Below, piece by piece: positions 1-11,484 of a stretch of DNA of 64,000 nt. Source of the DNA: Escherichia coli (lineage in GTDB: Bacteria; Pseudomonadota; Gammaproteobacteria; Enterobacterales; Enterobacteriaceae); assembly GCF_003334785.1 (NCBI RefSeq), contig NZ_QOWV01000001.1; one strand, written 5' to 3'. The translations under genes were made by a program, and so were the position numbers. Positions within the stretch are counted from its first letter, which is position 1; the number at the start of each line of letters is the position of its first letter. The notes beneath the pieces are model-generated. The model worked only from the letters and a program-made list of their open reading frames with translations, was not told where the DNA came from and did no database searches.

Positions 1-147
1 GCGGTTAGCGTCATCAATCATCCTTTTGCGCTGGGCGTACAGTGGCACCCGGAATGGAACAGTAGCGAGTACGCGCTTTCGCGTATATTGTTCGAGGGCT
101 TTATCACCGCTTGTCAGCACCATATCGCTGAAAAACAGCGACTCTGA
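1..147 (+). CDS. puuD: gamma-glutamyl-GABA hydrolase, C-terminal fragment (gene continues upstream of window)
   Basis: Frame-1 ORF running in from the window edge, TGA at 145-147; tail ...FALGVQWHPEWNSSEYALSRILFEGFITACQHHIAEKQRL; sits directly upstream of puuR as in the puu cluster. Confidence 0.7.
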   Translation, partial: AVSVINHPFALGVQWHPEWNSSEYALSRILFEGFITACQHHIAEKQRL

Positions 148-173
148 CCACTACAGTTTAAGGAAATGCAAAT

Positions 174-731
174 ATGAGTGATGAGGGACTGGCGCCAGGA
201 AAACGCTTGTCGGAAATCCGCCAGCAGCAGGGGCTTTCACAACGTCGTGCCGCCGAACTCTCCGGGCTGACTCACAGTGCTATCAGTACGATAGAACAAG
301 ATAAAGTCAGCCCTGCCATCAGTACGCTGCAAAAGCTGCTGAAGGTGTATGGTCTGTCACTCTCGGAATTCTTTTCCGAGCCGGAAAAACCTGATGAGCC
401 GCAGGTCGTCATTAATCAGGACGACTTAATTGAGATGGGTAGTCAGGGTGTGTCAATGAAGCTGGTTCATAACGGTAACCCGAATCGCACGCTGGCGATG
501 ATCTTTGAAACGTACCAGCCGGGCACAACCACTGGGGAAAGAATTAAGCATCAGGGTGAGGAAATAGGCACTGTACTGGAAGGTGAAATTGTTCTGACGA
601 TTAATGGTCAGGATTACCACCTCGTCGCGGGGCAAAGTTATGCCATTAATACCGGCATCCCGCACAGTTTCAGTAATACGTCGGCAGGTATTTGCCGAAT
701 TATCAGCGCCCATACGCCCACCACGTTTTAA
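174..731 (+). CDS. puuR: HTH (XRE) plus cupin transcriptional repressor of putrescine utilisation
   Basis: 185 aa ORF; N-terminal HTH (LSQRRAAELSGLTHSAISTIEQ) and C-terminal cupin; synteny with puuC/B/E. Confidence 0.9.
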   Translation: MSDEGLAPGKRLSEIRQQQGLSQRRAAELSGLTHSAISTIEQDKVSPAISTLQKLLKVYGLSLSEFFSEPEKPDEPQVVINQDDLIEMGSQGVSMKLVHNGNPNRTLAMIFETYQPGTTTGERIKHQGEEIGTVLEGEIVLTINGQDYHLVAGQSYAINTGIPHSFSNTSAGICRIISAHTPTTF

Positions 732-1005
732 TCTTTTTGTTCTGTAAGCCGGGTAAGCGCAATGCGCCCGGCAATCTATACACAAAATCATTCAAGTTGC
801 ATCAAGGCGGCAAGTGAGCGAATCCCGATGAGCTTACTCAGGTAAGTGATTCGGGGGAGCGAACGCAGCCAAGGCAGAGGCGGCTTGAAGGATGAAGTGT
901 ATATAAAGAATGTCGCCAGAAATAAACGGGCATACGGCCCGGGGATCTCTGCGCCCTGACGTTCACAAACTGCATATATCTGATAGACGTGAAACAGGAG
1001 TCATA

Positions 1006-2493
1006 ATGAATTTTCATCATCTGGCTTACTGGCAGGATAAAGCGTTAAGTCTCGCCATTGAAAACCGCTTATTTATTAACGGTGAATATACTGCTGCGGC
1101 GGAAAATGAAACCTTTGAAACCGTTGATCCGGTCACCCAGGCACCGCTGGCGAAAATTGCCCGCGGCAAGAGCGTCGATATCGACCGTGCGATGAGCGCA
1201 GCACGCGGCGTATTTGAACGCGGCGACTGGTCACTCTCTTCTCCGGCTAAACGTAAAGCGGTACTGAATAAACTCGCCGATTTAATGGAAGCCCACGCCG
1301 AAGAGCTGGCACTGCTGGAAACTCTCGACACCGGCAAACCGATTCGTCACAGTCTGCGTGATGATATTCCCGGCGCGGCGCGCGCCATTCGCTGGTACGC
1401 CGAAGCGATCGACAAAGTGTATGGCGAAGTGGCGACCACCAGTAGCCATGAGCTGGCGATGATCGTGCGTGAACCGGTCGGCGTGATTGCCGCCATCGTG
1501 CCGTGGAACTTCCCGCTGTTGCTGACTTGCTGGAAACTCGGCCCGGCGCTGGCGGCGGGAAACAGCGTGATTCTAAAACCGTCTGAAAAATCACCGCTCA
1601 GTGCGATTCGTCTCGCGGGGCTGGCGAAAGAAGCAGGCTTGCCGGATGGTGTGTTGAACGTGGTGACGGGTTTTGGTCATGAAGCCGGGCAGGCGCTGTC
1701 GCGTCATAACGATATCGACGCCATTGCCTTTACCGGTTCAACCCGTACCGGGAAACAGCTGCTGAAAGATGCGGGCGACAGCAACATGAAACGCGTCTGG
1801 CTGGAAGCGGGCGGCAAAAGCGCCAACATCGTTTTCGCTGACTGCCCGGATTTGCAACAGGCGGCAAGCGCCACCGCAGCAGGCATTTTCTACAACCAGG
1901 GACAGGTGTGCATCGCCGGAACGCGCCTGTTGCTGGAAGAGAGCATCGCCGATGAATTCTTAGCCCTGTTAAAACAGCAGGCGCAAAACTGGCAGCCGGG
2001 CCATCCACTTGATCCCGCAACCACCATGGGCACCTTAATCGACTGCGCCCACGCCGACTCGGTCCATAGCTTTATTCGGGAAGGCGAAAGCAAAGGGCAA
2101 CTGTTGTTGGATGGCCGTAACGCCGGGCTGGCTGCCGCCATCGGCCCGACCATCTTTGTGGATGTGGACCCGAATGCGTCCTTAAGTCGCGAAGAGATTT
2201 TCGGTCCGGTGCTGGTGGTCACGCGTTTCACATCAGAAGAACAGGCGCTACAGCTTGCCAACGACAGCCAGTACGGCCTTGGCGCGGCGGTATGGACGCG
2301 CGACCTCTCCCGCGCGCACCGCATGAGCCGACGCCTGAAAGCCGGTTCCGTCTTCGTCAATAACTACAACGACGGCGATATGACCGTGCCGTTTGGCGGC
2401 TATAAGCAGAGCGGCAACGGTCGCGACAAATCCCTGCATGCCCTTGAAAAATTCACTGAACTGAAAACCATCTGGATAAGCCTGGAGGCCTGA
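1006..2493 (+). CDS. puuC: gamma-glutamyl-gamma-aminobutyraldehyde dehydrogenase (NAD-dependent aldehyde dehydrogenase)
   Basis: ORF track 910..2493; likely start ATG 1006 (MNFHHLAYWQ) preceded by AGGAG; aldehyde dehydrogenase family, 495 aa. Confidence 0.9.
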   Translation: MNFHHLAYWQDKALSLAIENRLFINGEYTAAAENETFETVDPVTQAPLAKIARGKSVDIDRAMSAARGVFERGDWSLSSPAKRKAVLNKLADLMEAHAEELALLETLDTGKPIRHSLRDDIPGAARAIRWYAEAIDKVYGEVATTSSHELAMIVREPVGVIAAIVPWNFPLLLTCWKLGPALAAGNSVILKPSEKSPLSAIRLAGLAKEAGLPDGVLNVVTGFGHEAGQALSRHNDIDAIAFTGSTRTGKQLLKDAGDSNMKRVWLEAGGKSANIVFADCPDLQQAASATAAGIFYNQGQVCIAGTRLLLEESIADEFLALLKQQAQNWQPGHPLDPATTMGTLIDCAHADSVHSFIREGESKGQLLLDGRNAGLAAAIGPTIFVDVDPNASLSREEIFGPVLVVTRFTSEEQALQLANDSQYGLGAAVWTRDLSRAHRMSRRLKAGSVFVNNYNDGDMTVPFGGYKQSGNGRDKSLHALEKFTELKTIWISLEA

Positions 2494-2494
2494 A

Positions 2495-3775
2495 ATGACC
2501 GAACATACCAGCAGTTACTACGCCGCCAGTGCGAATAAATATGCACCATTCGACACGCTGAATGAGTCAATCACCTGCGACGTTTGCGTGGTTGGCGGCG
2601 GCTATACCGGGCTCTCCTCCGCGCTGCATCTGGCGGAAGCGGGCTTTGACGTAGTGGTTCTCGAAGCCTCACGCATCGGCTTTGGCGCAAGCGGGCGCAA
2701 TGGCGGACAGCTTGTGAACTCCTACAGCCGCGACATCGACGTGATCGAAAAAAGCTACGGCATGGACACCGCCCGTATGCTCGGCAGCATGATGTTCGAA
2801 GGTGGTGAGATCATCCGCGAACGTATCAAACGTTATCAGATTGACTGCGACTACCGCCCCGGCGGCCTGTTTGTGGCGATGAATGATAAACAGCTCGCCA
2901 CACTTGAAGAGCAGAAAGAGAACTGGGAACGCTACGGCAATAAACAGCTGGAATTGCTGGACGCCAACGCCATTCGCCGTGAAGTAGCCAGCGATCGCTA
3001 TACCGGTGCGCTGCTTGATCACAGCGGTGGGCATATTCATCCGCTAAACCTTGCCATTGGCGAAGCGGACGCCATCCGCCTCAACGGCGGGCGCGTGTAT
3101 GAACTTTCTGCCGTGACGCAGATCCAGCACACCACGCCAGCCGTTGTGCGAACTGCCAAAGGTCAGGTGACGGCGAAGTATGTGATTGTCGCCGGGAATG
3201 CGTATCTGGGCGATAAAGTAGAGCCGGAACTGGCGAAACGCAGCATGCCGTGCGGCACGCAGGTGATCACCACCGAACGGCTGTCGGAAGATTTAGCCCG
3301 TTCGCTGATCCCGAAAAACTACTGTGTGGAAGACTGTAACTATCTGCTTGATTACTACCGTCTTACCGCCGACAACCGCCTGCTGTACGGCGGCGGCGTG
3401 GTCTACGGCGCGCGCGACCCGGATGACGTTGAGCGCCTTGTGGTGCCGAAACTGCTGAAAACCTTCCCGCAGCTGAAGGGCGTGAAAATTGATTACCGCT
3501 GGACGGGCAACTTCCTGCTGACCCTGTCGCGTATGCCGCAGTTTGGTCGCCTCGATACCAACATCTATTACATGCAGGGCTACAGCGGCCACGGCGTGAC
3601 CTGTACTCATCTAGCCGGACGTTTGATTGCCGAACTGCTGCGCGGCGACGCCGAACGTTTCGATGCCTTCGCCAATCTGCCGCATTACCCGTTCCCCGGC
3701 GGGCGCACGCTGCGTGTGCCGTTTACCGCGATGGGCGCGGCGTATTACAGCCTGCGCGATCGTCTGGGCGTTTAA
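2495..3775 (+). CDS. puuB: gamma-glutamylputrescine oxidase (FAD-dependent)
   Basis: 426 aa ORF with N-terminal FAD dinucleotide fold VCVVGGGYTGLSSAL; start 2 nt after puuC stop. Confidence 0.9.
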   Translation: MTEHTSSYYAASANKYAPFDTLNESITCDVCVVGGGYTGLSSALHLAEAGFDVVVLEASRIGFGASGRNGGQLVNSYSRDIDVIEKSYGMDTARMLGSMMFEGGEIIRERIKRYQIDCDYRPGGLFVAMNDKQLATLEEQKENWERYGNKQLELLDANAIRREVASDRYTGALLDHSGGHIHPLNLAIGEADAIRLNGGRVYELSAVTQIQHTTPAVVRTAKGQVTAKYVIVAGNAYLGDKVEPELAKRSMPCGTQVITTERLSEDLARSLIPKNYCVEDCNYLLDYYRLTADNRLLYGGGVVYGARDPDDVERLVVPKLLKTFPQLKGVKIDYRWTGNFLLTLSRMPQFGRLDTNIYYMQGYSGHGVTCTHLAGRLIAELLRGDAERFDAFANLPHYPFPGGRTLRVPFTAMGAAYYSLRDRLGV

Positions 3776-3812
3776 TTTCCGATTAACCGTGAAGAGTCAA
3801 AAGGTGTGAAAC

Positions 3813-5078
3813 ATGAGCAACAATGAATTCCATCAGCGTCGTCTTTCTGCCACTCCGCGCGGGGTTGGCGTGATGTGTAACTTCTTCGCCCAGTCGGCTG
3901 AAAACGCCACGCTGAAGGATGTTGAGGGCAACGAGTACATCGATTTCGCCGCAGGCATTGCGGTGCTGAATACCGGACATCGCCACCCTGATCTGGTCGC
4001 GGCGGTGGAGCAGCAACTGCAACAGTTTACCCACACCGCGTATCAGATTGTGCCGTATGAAAGCTACGTCACCCTGGCGGAGAAAATCAACGCCCTTGCC
4101 CCGGTGAGCGGGCAGGCCAAAACCGCGTTCTTCACCACCGGTGCGGAAGCGGTGGAAAACGCGGTGAAAATTGCTCGCGCCCATACCGGACGCCCTGGCG
4201 TGATTGCGTTTAGCGGCGGCTTTCACGGTCGTACGTATATGACCATGGCGCTGACCGGAAAAGTTGCGCCGTACAAAATCGGCTTCGGCCCGTTCCCTGG
4301 TTCGGTGTATCACGTACCTTATCCGTCAGATTTACACGGCATTTCAACACAGGACTCCCTCGACGCCATCGAACGCTTGTTTAAATCAGACATCGAAGCG
4401 AAGCAGGTGGCGGCGATTATTTTCGAACCGGTGCAGGGCGAGGGCGGTTTCAACGTTGCGCCAAAAGAGCTGGTTGCCGCTATTCGCCGCCTGTGCGACG
4501 AGCACGGTATTGTGATGATTGCTGATGAAGTGCAAAGCGGCTTTGCGCGTACCGGTAAGCTGTTTGCCATGGATCATTACGCCGATAAGCCGGATTTAAT
4601 GACGATGGCGAAAAGCCTCGCGGGCGGGATGCCGCTTTCGGGCGTGGTCGGTAACGCGAATATTATGGACGCACCCGCGCCGGGCGGGCTTGGCGGCACC
4701 TACGCCGGTAACCCGCTGGCGGTGGCTGCCGCGCACGCGGTGCTCAACATTATCGACAAAGAATCACTCTGCGAACGCGCGAATCAACTGGGCCAGCGTC
4801 TCAAAAACACGTTGATTGATGCCAAAGAAAGCGTTCCGGCCATTGCTGCGGTACGCGGCCTGGGGTCGATGATTGCGGTAGAGTTTAACGATCCGCAAAC
4901 GGGCGAGCCGTCAGCGGCGATTGCACAGAAAATCCAGCAACGCGCGCTGGCGCAGGGGCTGCTCCTGCTGACCTGTGGCGCATACGGCAACGTGATTCGC
5001 TTCCTGTATCCGCTGACCATCCCGGATGCGCAATTCGATGCGGCAATGAAAATTTTGCAGGATGCGCTGAGCGATTAA
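3813..5078 (+). CDS. puuE: 4-aminobutyrate aminotransferase (PLP-dependent class III)
   Basis: 421 aa ORF, class III aminotransferase; last gene of puu cluster. Confidence 0.9.
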   Translation: MSNNEFHQRRLSATPRGVGVMCNFFAQSAENATLKDVEGNEYIDFAAGIAVLNTGHRHPDLVAAVEQQLQQFTHTAYQIVPYESYVTLAEKINALAPVSGQAKTAFFTTGAEAVENAVKIARAHTGRPGVIAFSGGFHGRTYMTMALTGKVAPYKIGFGPFPGSVYHVPYPSDLHGISTQDSLDAIERLFKSDIEAKQVAAIIFEPVQGEGGFNVAPKELVAAIRRLCDEHGIVMIADEVQSGFARTGKLFAMDHYADKPDLMTMAKSLAGGMPLSGVVGNANIMDAPAPGGLGGTYAGNPLAVAAAHAVLNIIDKESLCERANQLGQRLKNTLIDAKESVPAIAAVRGLGSMIAVEFNDPQTGEPSAAIAQKIQQRALAQGLLLLTCGAYGNVIRFLYPLTIPDAQFDAAMKILQDALSD

Positions 5079-5092
5079 TAGCCCAAGGCAAT

Positions 5093-5180
5093 AATGTCTG
5101 ATGCGCTGCGCTTATCAGGCCTGCAAACGACGTATTGATTATGTATGCCGAATAAAGCATTCACGCCGCATCCGGCAAGT
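5093..5180. repeat. REP/BIME-type extragenic palindromic repeats
   Basis: Inverted GC-rich units tgatgcgctgcgcttatcaggcctgc ... gccgcatccggcaag between convergent puuE and pspF. Confidence 0.7.
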
Positions 5181-5197
5181 TGTATTGCTCAACTTCG

Positions 5198-6175
5198 CTA
5201 AATCTGGTGCTTTTTCAACAACGCGCGGAACTGATGATAAGTTAACCCCAGTAATTCAGCCGCGCGCTTCTGGTTATATTTCCCTTGTTGCAAACTGAGT
5301 TGCAGCAACTCTTTTTCCTGCTGCATCTGAAACTCACGTAAATCCAGCGGCAGTGTTGGAAGCGAGGTGGTTTCTGAAACGGCGATAGCGTCTTCAGGCG
5401 GACGCCGTTTAAAGGGATCAATAATGATGTCATCAAGCGGATAATCGCTGGTGCCGTGGCGATACACTGAACGTTCCACCACGTTTTTCAATTCACGAAT
5501 ATTTCCCGGCCAACGATAATTCAGCAATGTTTCTCTGGCGCGCTCCGTAAACCCCGGGAACAGAGGCAGCTTGATTTCCCGACACATCTGGATGGCAAAG
5601 TATTCTGCCATCAACATTATGTCGCTTTCGCGCTCGCGCAGTGGTGGCAGTTGTACAACATCAAAAGCCAGTCGGTCGAGCAGGTCAGCGCGAAAAGTGC
5701 CTTCATTGACCATCGCCGGGAGATCGGCATTCGTCGCGCATACCAACCGCACATTCACCTGCAATGGCTGGCTGCCGCCAACGCGCTCCAGTTCACCGTA
5801 CTCAATCACGCGCAATAATTTCTCCTGCACCATCATCGGTGCCGTAGCGAGTTCATCAAGAAATAGCGTACCGCCGTCGGCACGTTCAAATCTCCCTGGA
5901 TGACGTTTTTGCGCACCGGTAAACGCCCCCGCTTCGTGACCAAACAGTTCGGAATCCAGCAGATTTTCATTTAACGCCGCGCAGTTAAGGGAAATAAACG
6001 GCCCTTGCCAACGGGAGGAGAGATAATGCAGGCGGCTGGCAATCAGCTCTTTACCGGTGCCGCGTTCGCCGATGATGAGCACCGGTTTGTCCAGCGGTGC
6101 GAGATGCGAAACCTGTTCCAGCACTTCGAGAAAGCTGTTCGCCTCACCAAGTAAATTATCTTTGTATTCTGCCAT
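5198..6175 (-). CDS. pspF: sigma54-dependent enhancer-binding activator of the psp operon
   Basis: ORF track 5198..6190; AAA+ sigma54-activator core (GERGTGKELIA, GAFTGA) and C-terminal HTH; start taken at MAEYKDN (6175). Confidence 0.9.
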   Translation of the reverse strand: MAEYKDNLLGEANSFLEVLEQVSHLAPLDKPVLIIGERGTGKELIASRLHYLSSRWQGPFISLNCAALNENLLDSELFGHEAGAFTGAQKRHPGRFERADGGTLFLDELATAPMMVQEKLLRVIEYGELERVGGSQPLQVNVRLVCATNADLPAMVNEGTFRADLLDRLAFDVVQLPPLRERESDIMLMAEYFAIQMCREIKLPLFPGFTERARETLLNYRWPGNIRELKNVVERSVYRHGTSDYPLDDIIIDPFKRRPPEDAIAVSETTSLPTLPLDLREFQMQQEKELLQLSLQQGKYNQKRAAELLGLTYHQFRALLKKHQI

Positions 6176-6269
6176 GATGAAATTCGCCACTTGTTAGTGT
6201 AATTCGCTAACTCATCCTGGCATGTTGCTGTTGATTCTTCAATCAGATCTTTATAAATCAAAAAGATAA

Positions 6270-7010
<741 letters not shown>

Positions 7011-7063
7011 TAACATCCAGGCGGCGTCCGAACGCGCCGCCGCTCATCGTCTAAGGAGTACTT

Positions 7064-7288
7064 ATGAGCGCGCTATTTCTGGCTATTCCGTTAACCATTT
7101 TTGTGCTGTTTGTTTTACCGATCTGGTTATGGCTGCATTACAGCAATCGTTCTGGTCGCAGTGAATTGTCGCAAAGTGAGCAGCAGCGATTAGCGCAACT
7201 GGCTGATGAAGCAAAACGGATGCGCGAACGTATTCAGGCGCTGGAATCTATTCTTGATGCAGAACATCCGAACTGGAGGGATCGCTAA
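7064..7288 (+). CDS. pspB: phage shock protein B
   Basis: 74 aa ORF with N-terminal TM helix; stop overlaps pspC start (TAATG). Confidence 0.9.
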   Translation: MSALFLAIPLTIFVLFVLPIWLWLHYSNRSGRSELSQSEQQRLAQLADEAKRMRERIQALESILDAEHPNWRDR

Positions 7289-7647
7289 TGGCGGGCATTA
7301 ATCTCAATAAAAAATTATGGCGTATTCCACAGCAGGGCATGGTCCGCGGCGTCTGCGCCGGGATTGCCAACTATTTTGATGTACCGGTAAAACTGGTGCG
7401 TATCCTGGTGGTGCTGTCGATTTTCTTCGGTCTGGCGCTGTTTACCCTGGTTGCTTACATCATTTTGTCATTTGCGCTTGATCCAATGCCGGACAACATG
7501 GCCTTTGGTGAGCAGCTACCTTCCAGCAGCGAATTGCTGGATGAAGTCGACCGTGAACTGGCGGCAAGTGAAACGCGTTTACGCGAGATGGAACGTTATG
7601 TCACTTCCGATACTTTCACGTTACGTAGCCGTTTCCGTCAACTGTGA
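7288..7647 (+). CDS. pspC: phage shock protein C
   Basis: 119 aa membrane ORF translationally coupled to pspB. Confidence 0.9.
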
Positions 7648-7655
7648 GGAAAGTT

Positions 7656-7877
7656 ATGAATACTCGCTGGCAACAGGCCGGGCAAAAGGTAAAGCCTGGT
7701 TTCAAATTAGCAGGCAAGCTGGTACTTCTTACCGCACTGCGCTATGGCCCGGCGGGTGTGGCGGGCTGGGCGATAAAATCAGTTGCTCGCCGACCGCTGA
7801 AAATGTTGCTGGCTGTGGCGCTGGAACCGCTGTTAAGTCGGGCTGCTAATAAACTGGCACAGCGTTATAAAAGGTGA
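7656..7877 (+). CDS. pspD: phage shock protein D
   Basis: ORF track 7644..7877; start taken at MNTRWQQ (73 aa). Confidence 0.8.
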
Positions 7878-7951
7878 GGGGAGTTTCGCAAAAATTGTTA
7901 AATCTCAGGCGTATAATGGATGGCAATTTTCATCCATAGAAGGACGCTTAC

Positions 7952-8266
7952 ATGTTTAAAAAAGGCTTACTTGCTCTGGCACTGGTGTTTTCACTGCCCG
8001 TTTTCGCCGCTGAACACTGGATCGATGTTCGTGTTCCAGAGCAGTATCAGCAAGAGCACGTTCAGGGGGCCATCAATATTCCCCTGAAGGAAGTGAAAGA
8101 GCGCATTGCCACCGCCGTTCCGGATAAAAACGACACCGTGAAAGTGTATTGCAATGCCGGACGCCAGTCAGGGCAAGCAAAAGAGATCCTTAGCGAGATG
8201 GGATATACCCACGTTGAGAACGCCGGTGGCCTGAAAGACATCGCAATGCCGAAGGTCAAAGGTTAA
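7952..8266 (+). CDS. pspE: periplasmic rhodanese (thiosulfate sulfurtransferase)
   Basis: 104 aa ORF with signal peptide and rhodanese active-site Cys (YCNAGRQS). Confidence 0.9.
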   Translation: MFKKGLLALALVFSLPVFAAEHWIDVRVPEQYQQEHVQGAINIPLKEVKERIATAVPDKNDTVKVYCNAGRQSGQAKEILSEMGYTHVENAGGLKDIAMPKVKG

Positions 8267-8282
8267 AAGAATTCACCATGAG

Positions 8283-8307
8283 CGGCGCTTATGCGCCGTT
8301 TTTTTTT
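8283..8307 (+). terminator. rho-independent terminator after pspE
   Basis: GC stem cggcgc/gcgccg with ttat loop followed by a run of 9 T. Confidence 0.75.
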
Positions 8308-8478
8308 CTGTCACACCTTATTTACATCCCCATAGATTATTTGCGTCAGCTCACAAATACGCTTTTTCCCTGGTAAAAAATGATTTCCTGCGTGACTAAA
8401 ACCCTTGTGCTCAATTGACAGTTTATTTTCTGCGGAGTAGTCTCTCGTTTCATGGGACCGCTACCACGGAAAGGCAAC

Positions 8479-10158
8479 ATGAAACAGAAAATTACGGATT
8501 ACCTGGACGAAATCTACGGTGGAACATTTACCGCAACTCATTTACAGAAACTTGTAACGCGTCTTGAGAGTGCGAAACGATTAATTACACAGCGACGTAA
8601 AAAACACTGGGATGAAAGTGATGTCGTGTTAATTACCTATGCCGATCAATTTCACAGCAATGATTTAAAACCATTACCCACATTTAATCAGTTTTACCAT
8701 CAATGGCTGCAAAGCATTTTTTCACATGTTCATTTGTTGCCGTTTTATCCATGGTCATCTGATGATGGCTTTTCGGTAATTGATTATCATCAGGTCGCCA
8801 GTGAAGCGGGGGAGTGGCAGGATATTCAGCAACTCGGTGAATGCAGTCATTTAATGTTTGATTTTGTCTGCAACCATATGTCGGCAAAAAGTGAATGGTT
8901 TAAAAACTATTTACAACAGCATCCAGGTTTTGAAGATTTTTTTATTGCCGTTGACCCGCAAACCGATCTCAGCGCCGTCACTCGCCCGCGTGCGTTACCG
9001 TTATTAACGCCATTCCAGATGCGCGATCATTCAACGCGCCATTTATGGACCACCTTTAGTGACGATCAAATTGACCTGAATTACCGTAGCCCTGAAGTGT
9101 TGCTGGCGATGGTGGATGTTTTACTCTGTTACCTTGCGAAAGGTGCTGAGTATGTCCGCCTGGATGCCGTTGGCTTTATGTGGAAAGAGCCGGGAACAAG
9201 CTGCATCCATCTGGAAAAAACACATCTGATTATCAAACTGTTACGGTCGATTATTGATAACGTTGCGCCAGGTACAGTGATCATTACCGAGACCAATGTT
9301 CCGCATAAAGACAACATTGCTTACTTTGGCGCAGGCGATGACGAAGCACATATGGTGTACCAGTTCTCGCTGCCGCCACTGGTGCTGCATGCGGTGCAAA
9401 AACAGAACGTTGAGGCGCTTTGTGCGTGGGCGCAAAACCTGACACTACCTTCCAGCAACACCACCTGGTTTAACTTCCTCGCCTCTCACGATGGCATCGG
9501 GCTAAACCCGCTACGGGGCTTGTTGCCTGAAAGCGAAATATTAGAGCTGGTCGAGGCGTTACAGCAGGAAGGTGCATTAGTAAACTGGAAAAATAATCCC
9601 GACGGTACACGCAGTCCGTATGAAATAAATGTGACCTATATGGATGCGTTAAGCCGCCGTGAGAGTAGCGATGAAGAACGTTGCGCCAGGTTTATCCTTG
9701 CCCATGCGATTTTGTTAAGTTTCCCCGGTGTGCCAGCGATATATATTCAAAGTATTCTTGGCTCGCGTAATGATTACGCAGGTGTCGAAAAAATCGGATA
9801 TAACCGTGCGATTAACCGTAAAAAATATCACAGTAAAGAGATAACCCGAGAACTGAACGATGAAGCTACATTAAGGCATGCGGTATATCATGAGTTGTCG
9901 CGTTTAATTACACTTCGTCGCAGCCATAACGAGTTTCATCCGGATAATAATTTTACCATTGATACGATTAATTCATCCGTAATGCGTATTCAAAGAAGTA
10001 ACGCTGATGGTAATTGTCTGACTGGATTGTTTAATGTCAGTAAAAATATTCAGCATGTAAATATTACTAATCTGCATGGTCGGGATCTGATTAGTGAAGT
10101 TGATATATTGGGTAATGAAATAACGCTGCGCCCCTGGCAGGTTATGTGGATTAAATAA
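8479..10158 (+). CDS. ycjM: GH13 sucrose-phosphorylase-like glycoside phosphorylase
   Basis: ORF track 8452..10158; start taken at MKQKITDYL; GH13 phosphorylase family; first gene of ycj locus. Confidence 0.85.
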   Translation: MKQKITDYLDEIYGGTFTATHLQKLVTRLESAKRLITQRRKKHWDESDVVLITYADQFHSNDLKPLPTFNQFYHQWLQSIFSHVHLLPFYPWSSDDGFSVIDYHQVASEAGEWQDIQQLGECSHLMFDFVCNHMSAKSEWFKNYLQQHPGFEDFFIAVDPQTDLSAVTRPRALPLLTPFQMRDHSTRHLWTTFSDDQIDLNYRSPEVLLAMVDVLLCYLAKGAEYVRLDAVGFMWKEPGTSCIHLEKTHLIIKLLRSIIDNVAPGTVIITETNVPHKDNIAYFGAGDDEAHMVYQFSLPPLVLHAVQKQNVEALCAWAQNLTLPSSNTTWFNFLASHDGIGLNPLRGLLPESEILELVEALQQEGALVNWKNNPDGTRSPYEINVTYMDALSRRESSDEERCARFILAHAILLSFPGVPAIYIQSILGSRNDYAGVEKIGYNRAINRKKYHSKEITRELNDEATLRHAVYHELSRLITLRRSHNEFHPDNNFTIDTINSSVMRIQRSNADGNCLTGLFNVSKNIQHVNITNLHGRDLISEVDILGNEITLRPWQVMWIK

Positions 10159-10171
10159 AAAGGAACATCTC

Positions 10172-11464
10172 ATGATTAAATCAAAAATCGTGCTGTTATC
10201 AGCACTGGTTTCATGCGCCCTGATTTCAGGCTGTAAAGAAGAAAATAAAACGAATGTATCCATCGAATTTATGCATTCTTCGGTGGAGCAGGAGCGCCAG
10301 GCCGTTATCAGTAAATTGATTGCCCGTTTTGAAAAAGAAAACCCTGGCATCACCGTTAAGCAAGTGCCCGTGGAAGAAGATGCCTATAACACTAAAGTCA
10401 TTACTCTTTCACGTAGCGGTTCGCTGCCGGAAGTGATCGAAACCAGCCATGACTACGCCAAAGTGATGGACAAAGAGCAGCTTATCGATCGCAAAGCGGT
10501 TGCCACAGTCATCAGCAACGTTGGTGAAGGCGCGTTTTACGATGGCGTACTGCGTATTGTGCGTACCGAAGATGGTAGCGCATGGACCGGTGTTCCTGTC
10601 AGCGCCTGGATTGGCGGTATCTGGTATCGCAAAGATGTGCTGGCAAAAGCGGGGCTTGAGGAGCCGAAAAACTGGCAACAGCTGCTGGACGTTGCACAGA
10701 AACTGAATGACCCGGCGAATAAAAAATACGGCATTGCGCTGCCTACAGCAGAAAGCGTGTTGACGGAACAATCCTTCTCCCAGTTTGCGTTATCCAACCA
10801 GGCTAACGTCTTTAACGCCGAAGGCAAAATCACCCTTGATACACCAGAGATGATGCAGGCACTGACCTATTACCGCGACCTTGCTGCCAACACTATGCCG
10901 GGTTCTAACGACATCATGGAAGTGAAAGACGCCTTTATGAACGGCACCGCGCCGATGGCGATTTACTCCACCTATATCCTTCCGGCTGTGATTAAAGAAG
11001 GCGACCCGAAAAACGTCGGTTTCGTGGTGCCAACCGAGAAAAACTCTGCGGTCTACGGCATGTTGACCTCGCTGACCATTACCGCCGGGCAAAAGACCGA
11101 AGAGACGGAAGCAGCAGAAAAATTTGTCACCTTTATGGAGCAGGCAGACAACATTGCCGACTGGGTGATGATGTCGCCAGGTGCTGCGCTGCCGGTGAAT
11201 AAAGCGGTGGTGACTACCGCCACCTGGAAAGACAACGACGTTATTAAGGCGCTGGGTGAACTACCGAATCAGCTAATCGGTGAACTGCCAAATATTCAGG
11301 TTTTTGGCGCAGTAGGGGATAAAAACTTTACCCGCATGGGTGATGTGACGGGTTCTGGCGTGGTGAGTTCAATGGTGCATAACGTCACCGTGGGTAAAGC
11401 CGATCTCTCTACTACGCTGCAAGCGAGCCAGAAAAAACTGGATGAACTGATCGAACAGCACTAA
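10172..11464 (+). CDS. ycjN: ABC transporter periplasmic sugar-binding lipoprotein
   Basis: 430 aa, lipoprotein signal (LISGC), solute-binding protein family. Confidence 0.85.
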   Translation: MIKSKIVLLSALVSCALISGCKEENKTNVSIEFMHSSVEQERQAVISKLIARFEKENPGITVKQVPVEEDAYNTKVITLSRSGSLPEVIETSHDYAKVMDKEQLIDRKAVATVISNVGEGAFYDGVLRIVRTEDGSAWTGVPVSAWIGGIWYRKDVLAKAGLEEPKNWQQLLDVAQKLNDPANKKYGIALPTAESVLTEQSFSQFALSNQANVFNAEGKITLDTPEMMQALTYYRDLAANTMPGSNDIMEVKDAFMNGTAPMAIYSTYILPAVIKEGDPKNVGFVVPTEKNSAVYGMLTSLTITAGQKTEETEAAEKFVTFMEQADNIADWVMMSPGAALPVNKAVVTTATWKDNDVIKALGELPNQLIGELPNIQVFGAVGDKNFTRMGDVTGSGVVSSMVHNVTVGKADLSTTLQASQKKLDELIEQH

Positions 11465-11484
11465 ACCCAGGACAGGAATCCGCA

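Noticed and set aside
453-791. 112-aa minus-strand ORF antisense to puuR; many similar antisense ORFs across the track (e.g. 1890..2360, 13292..14044, 40599..41144, 52711..53217)
   Set aside because: Each lies wholly inside a well-supported gene on the other strand, has no RBS context or recognisable domain, and is typical of GC-rich antisense frames
7451-7849. 132-aa ORF overlapping pspC and pspD in another frame
   Set aside because: Alternative frame of the pspCD coding region with no independent start signals
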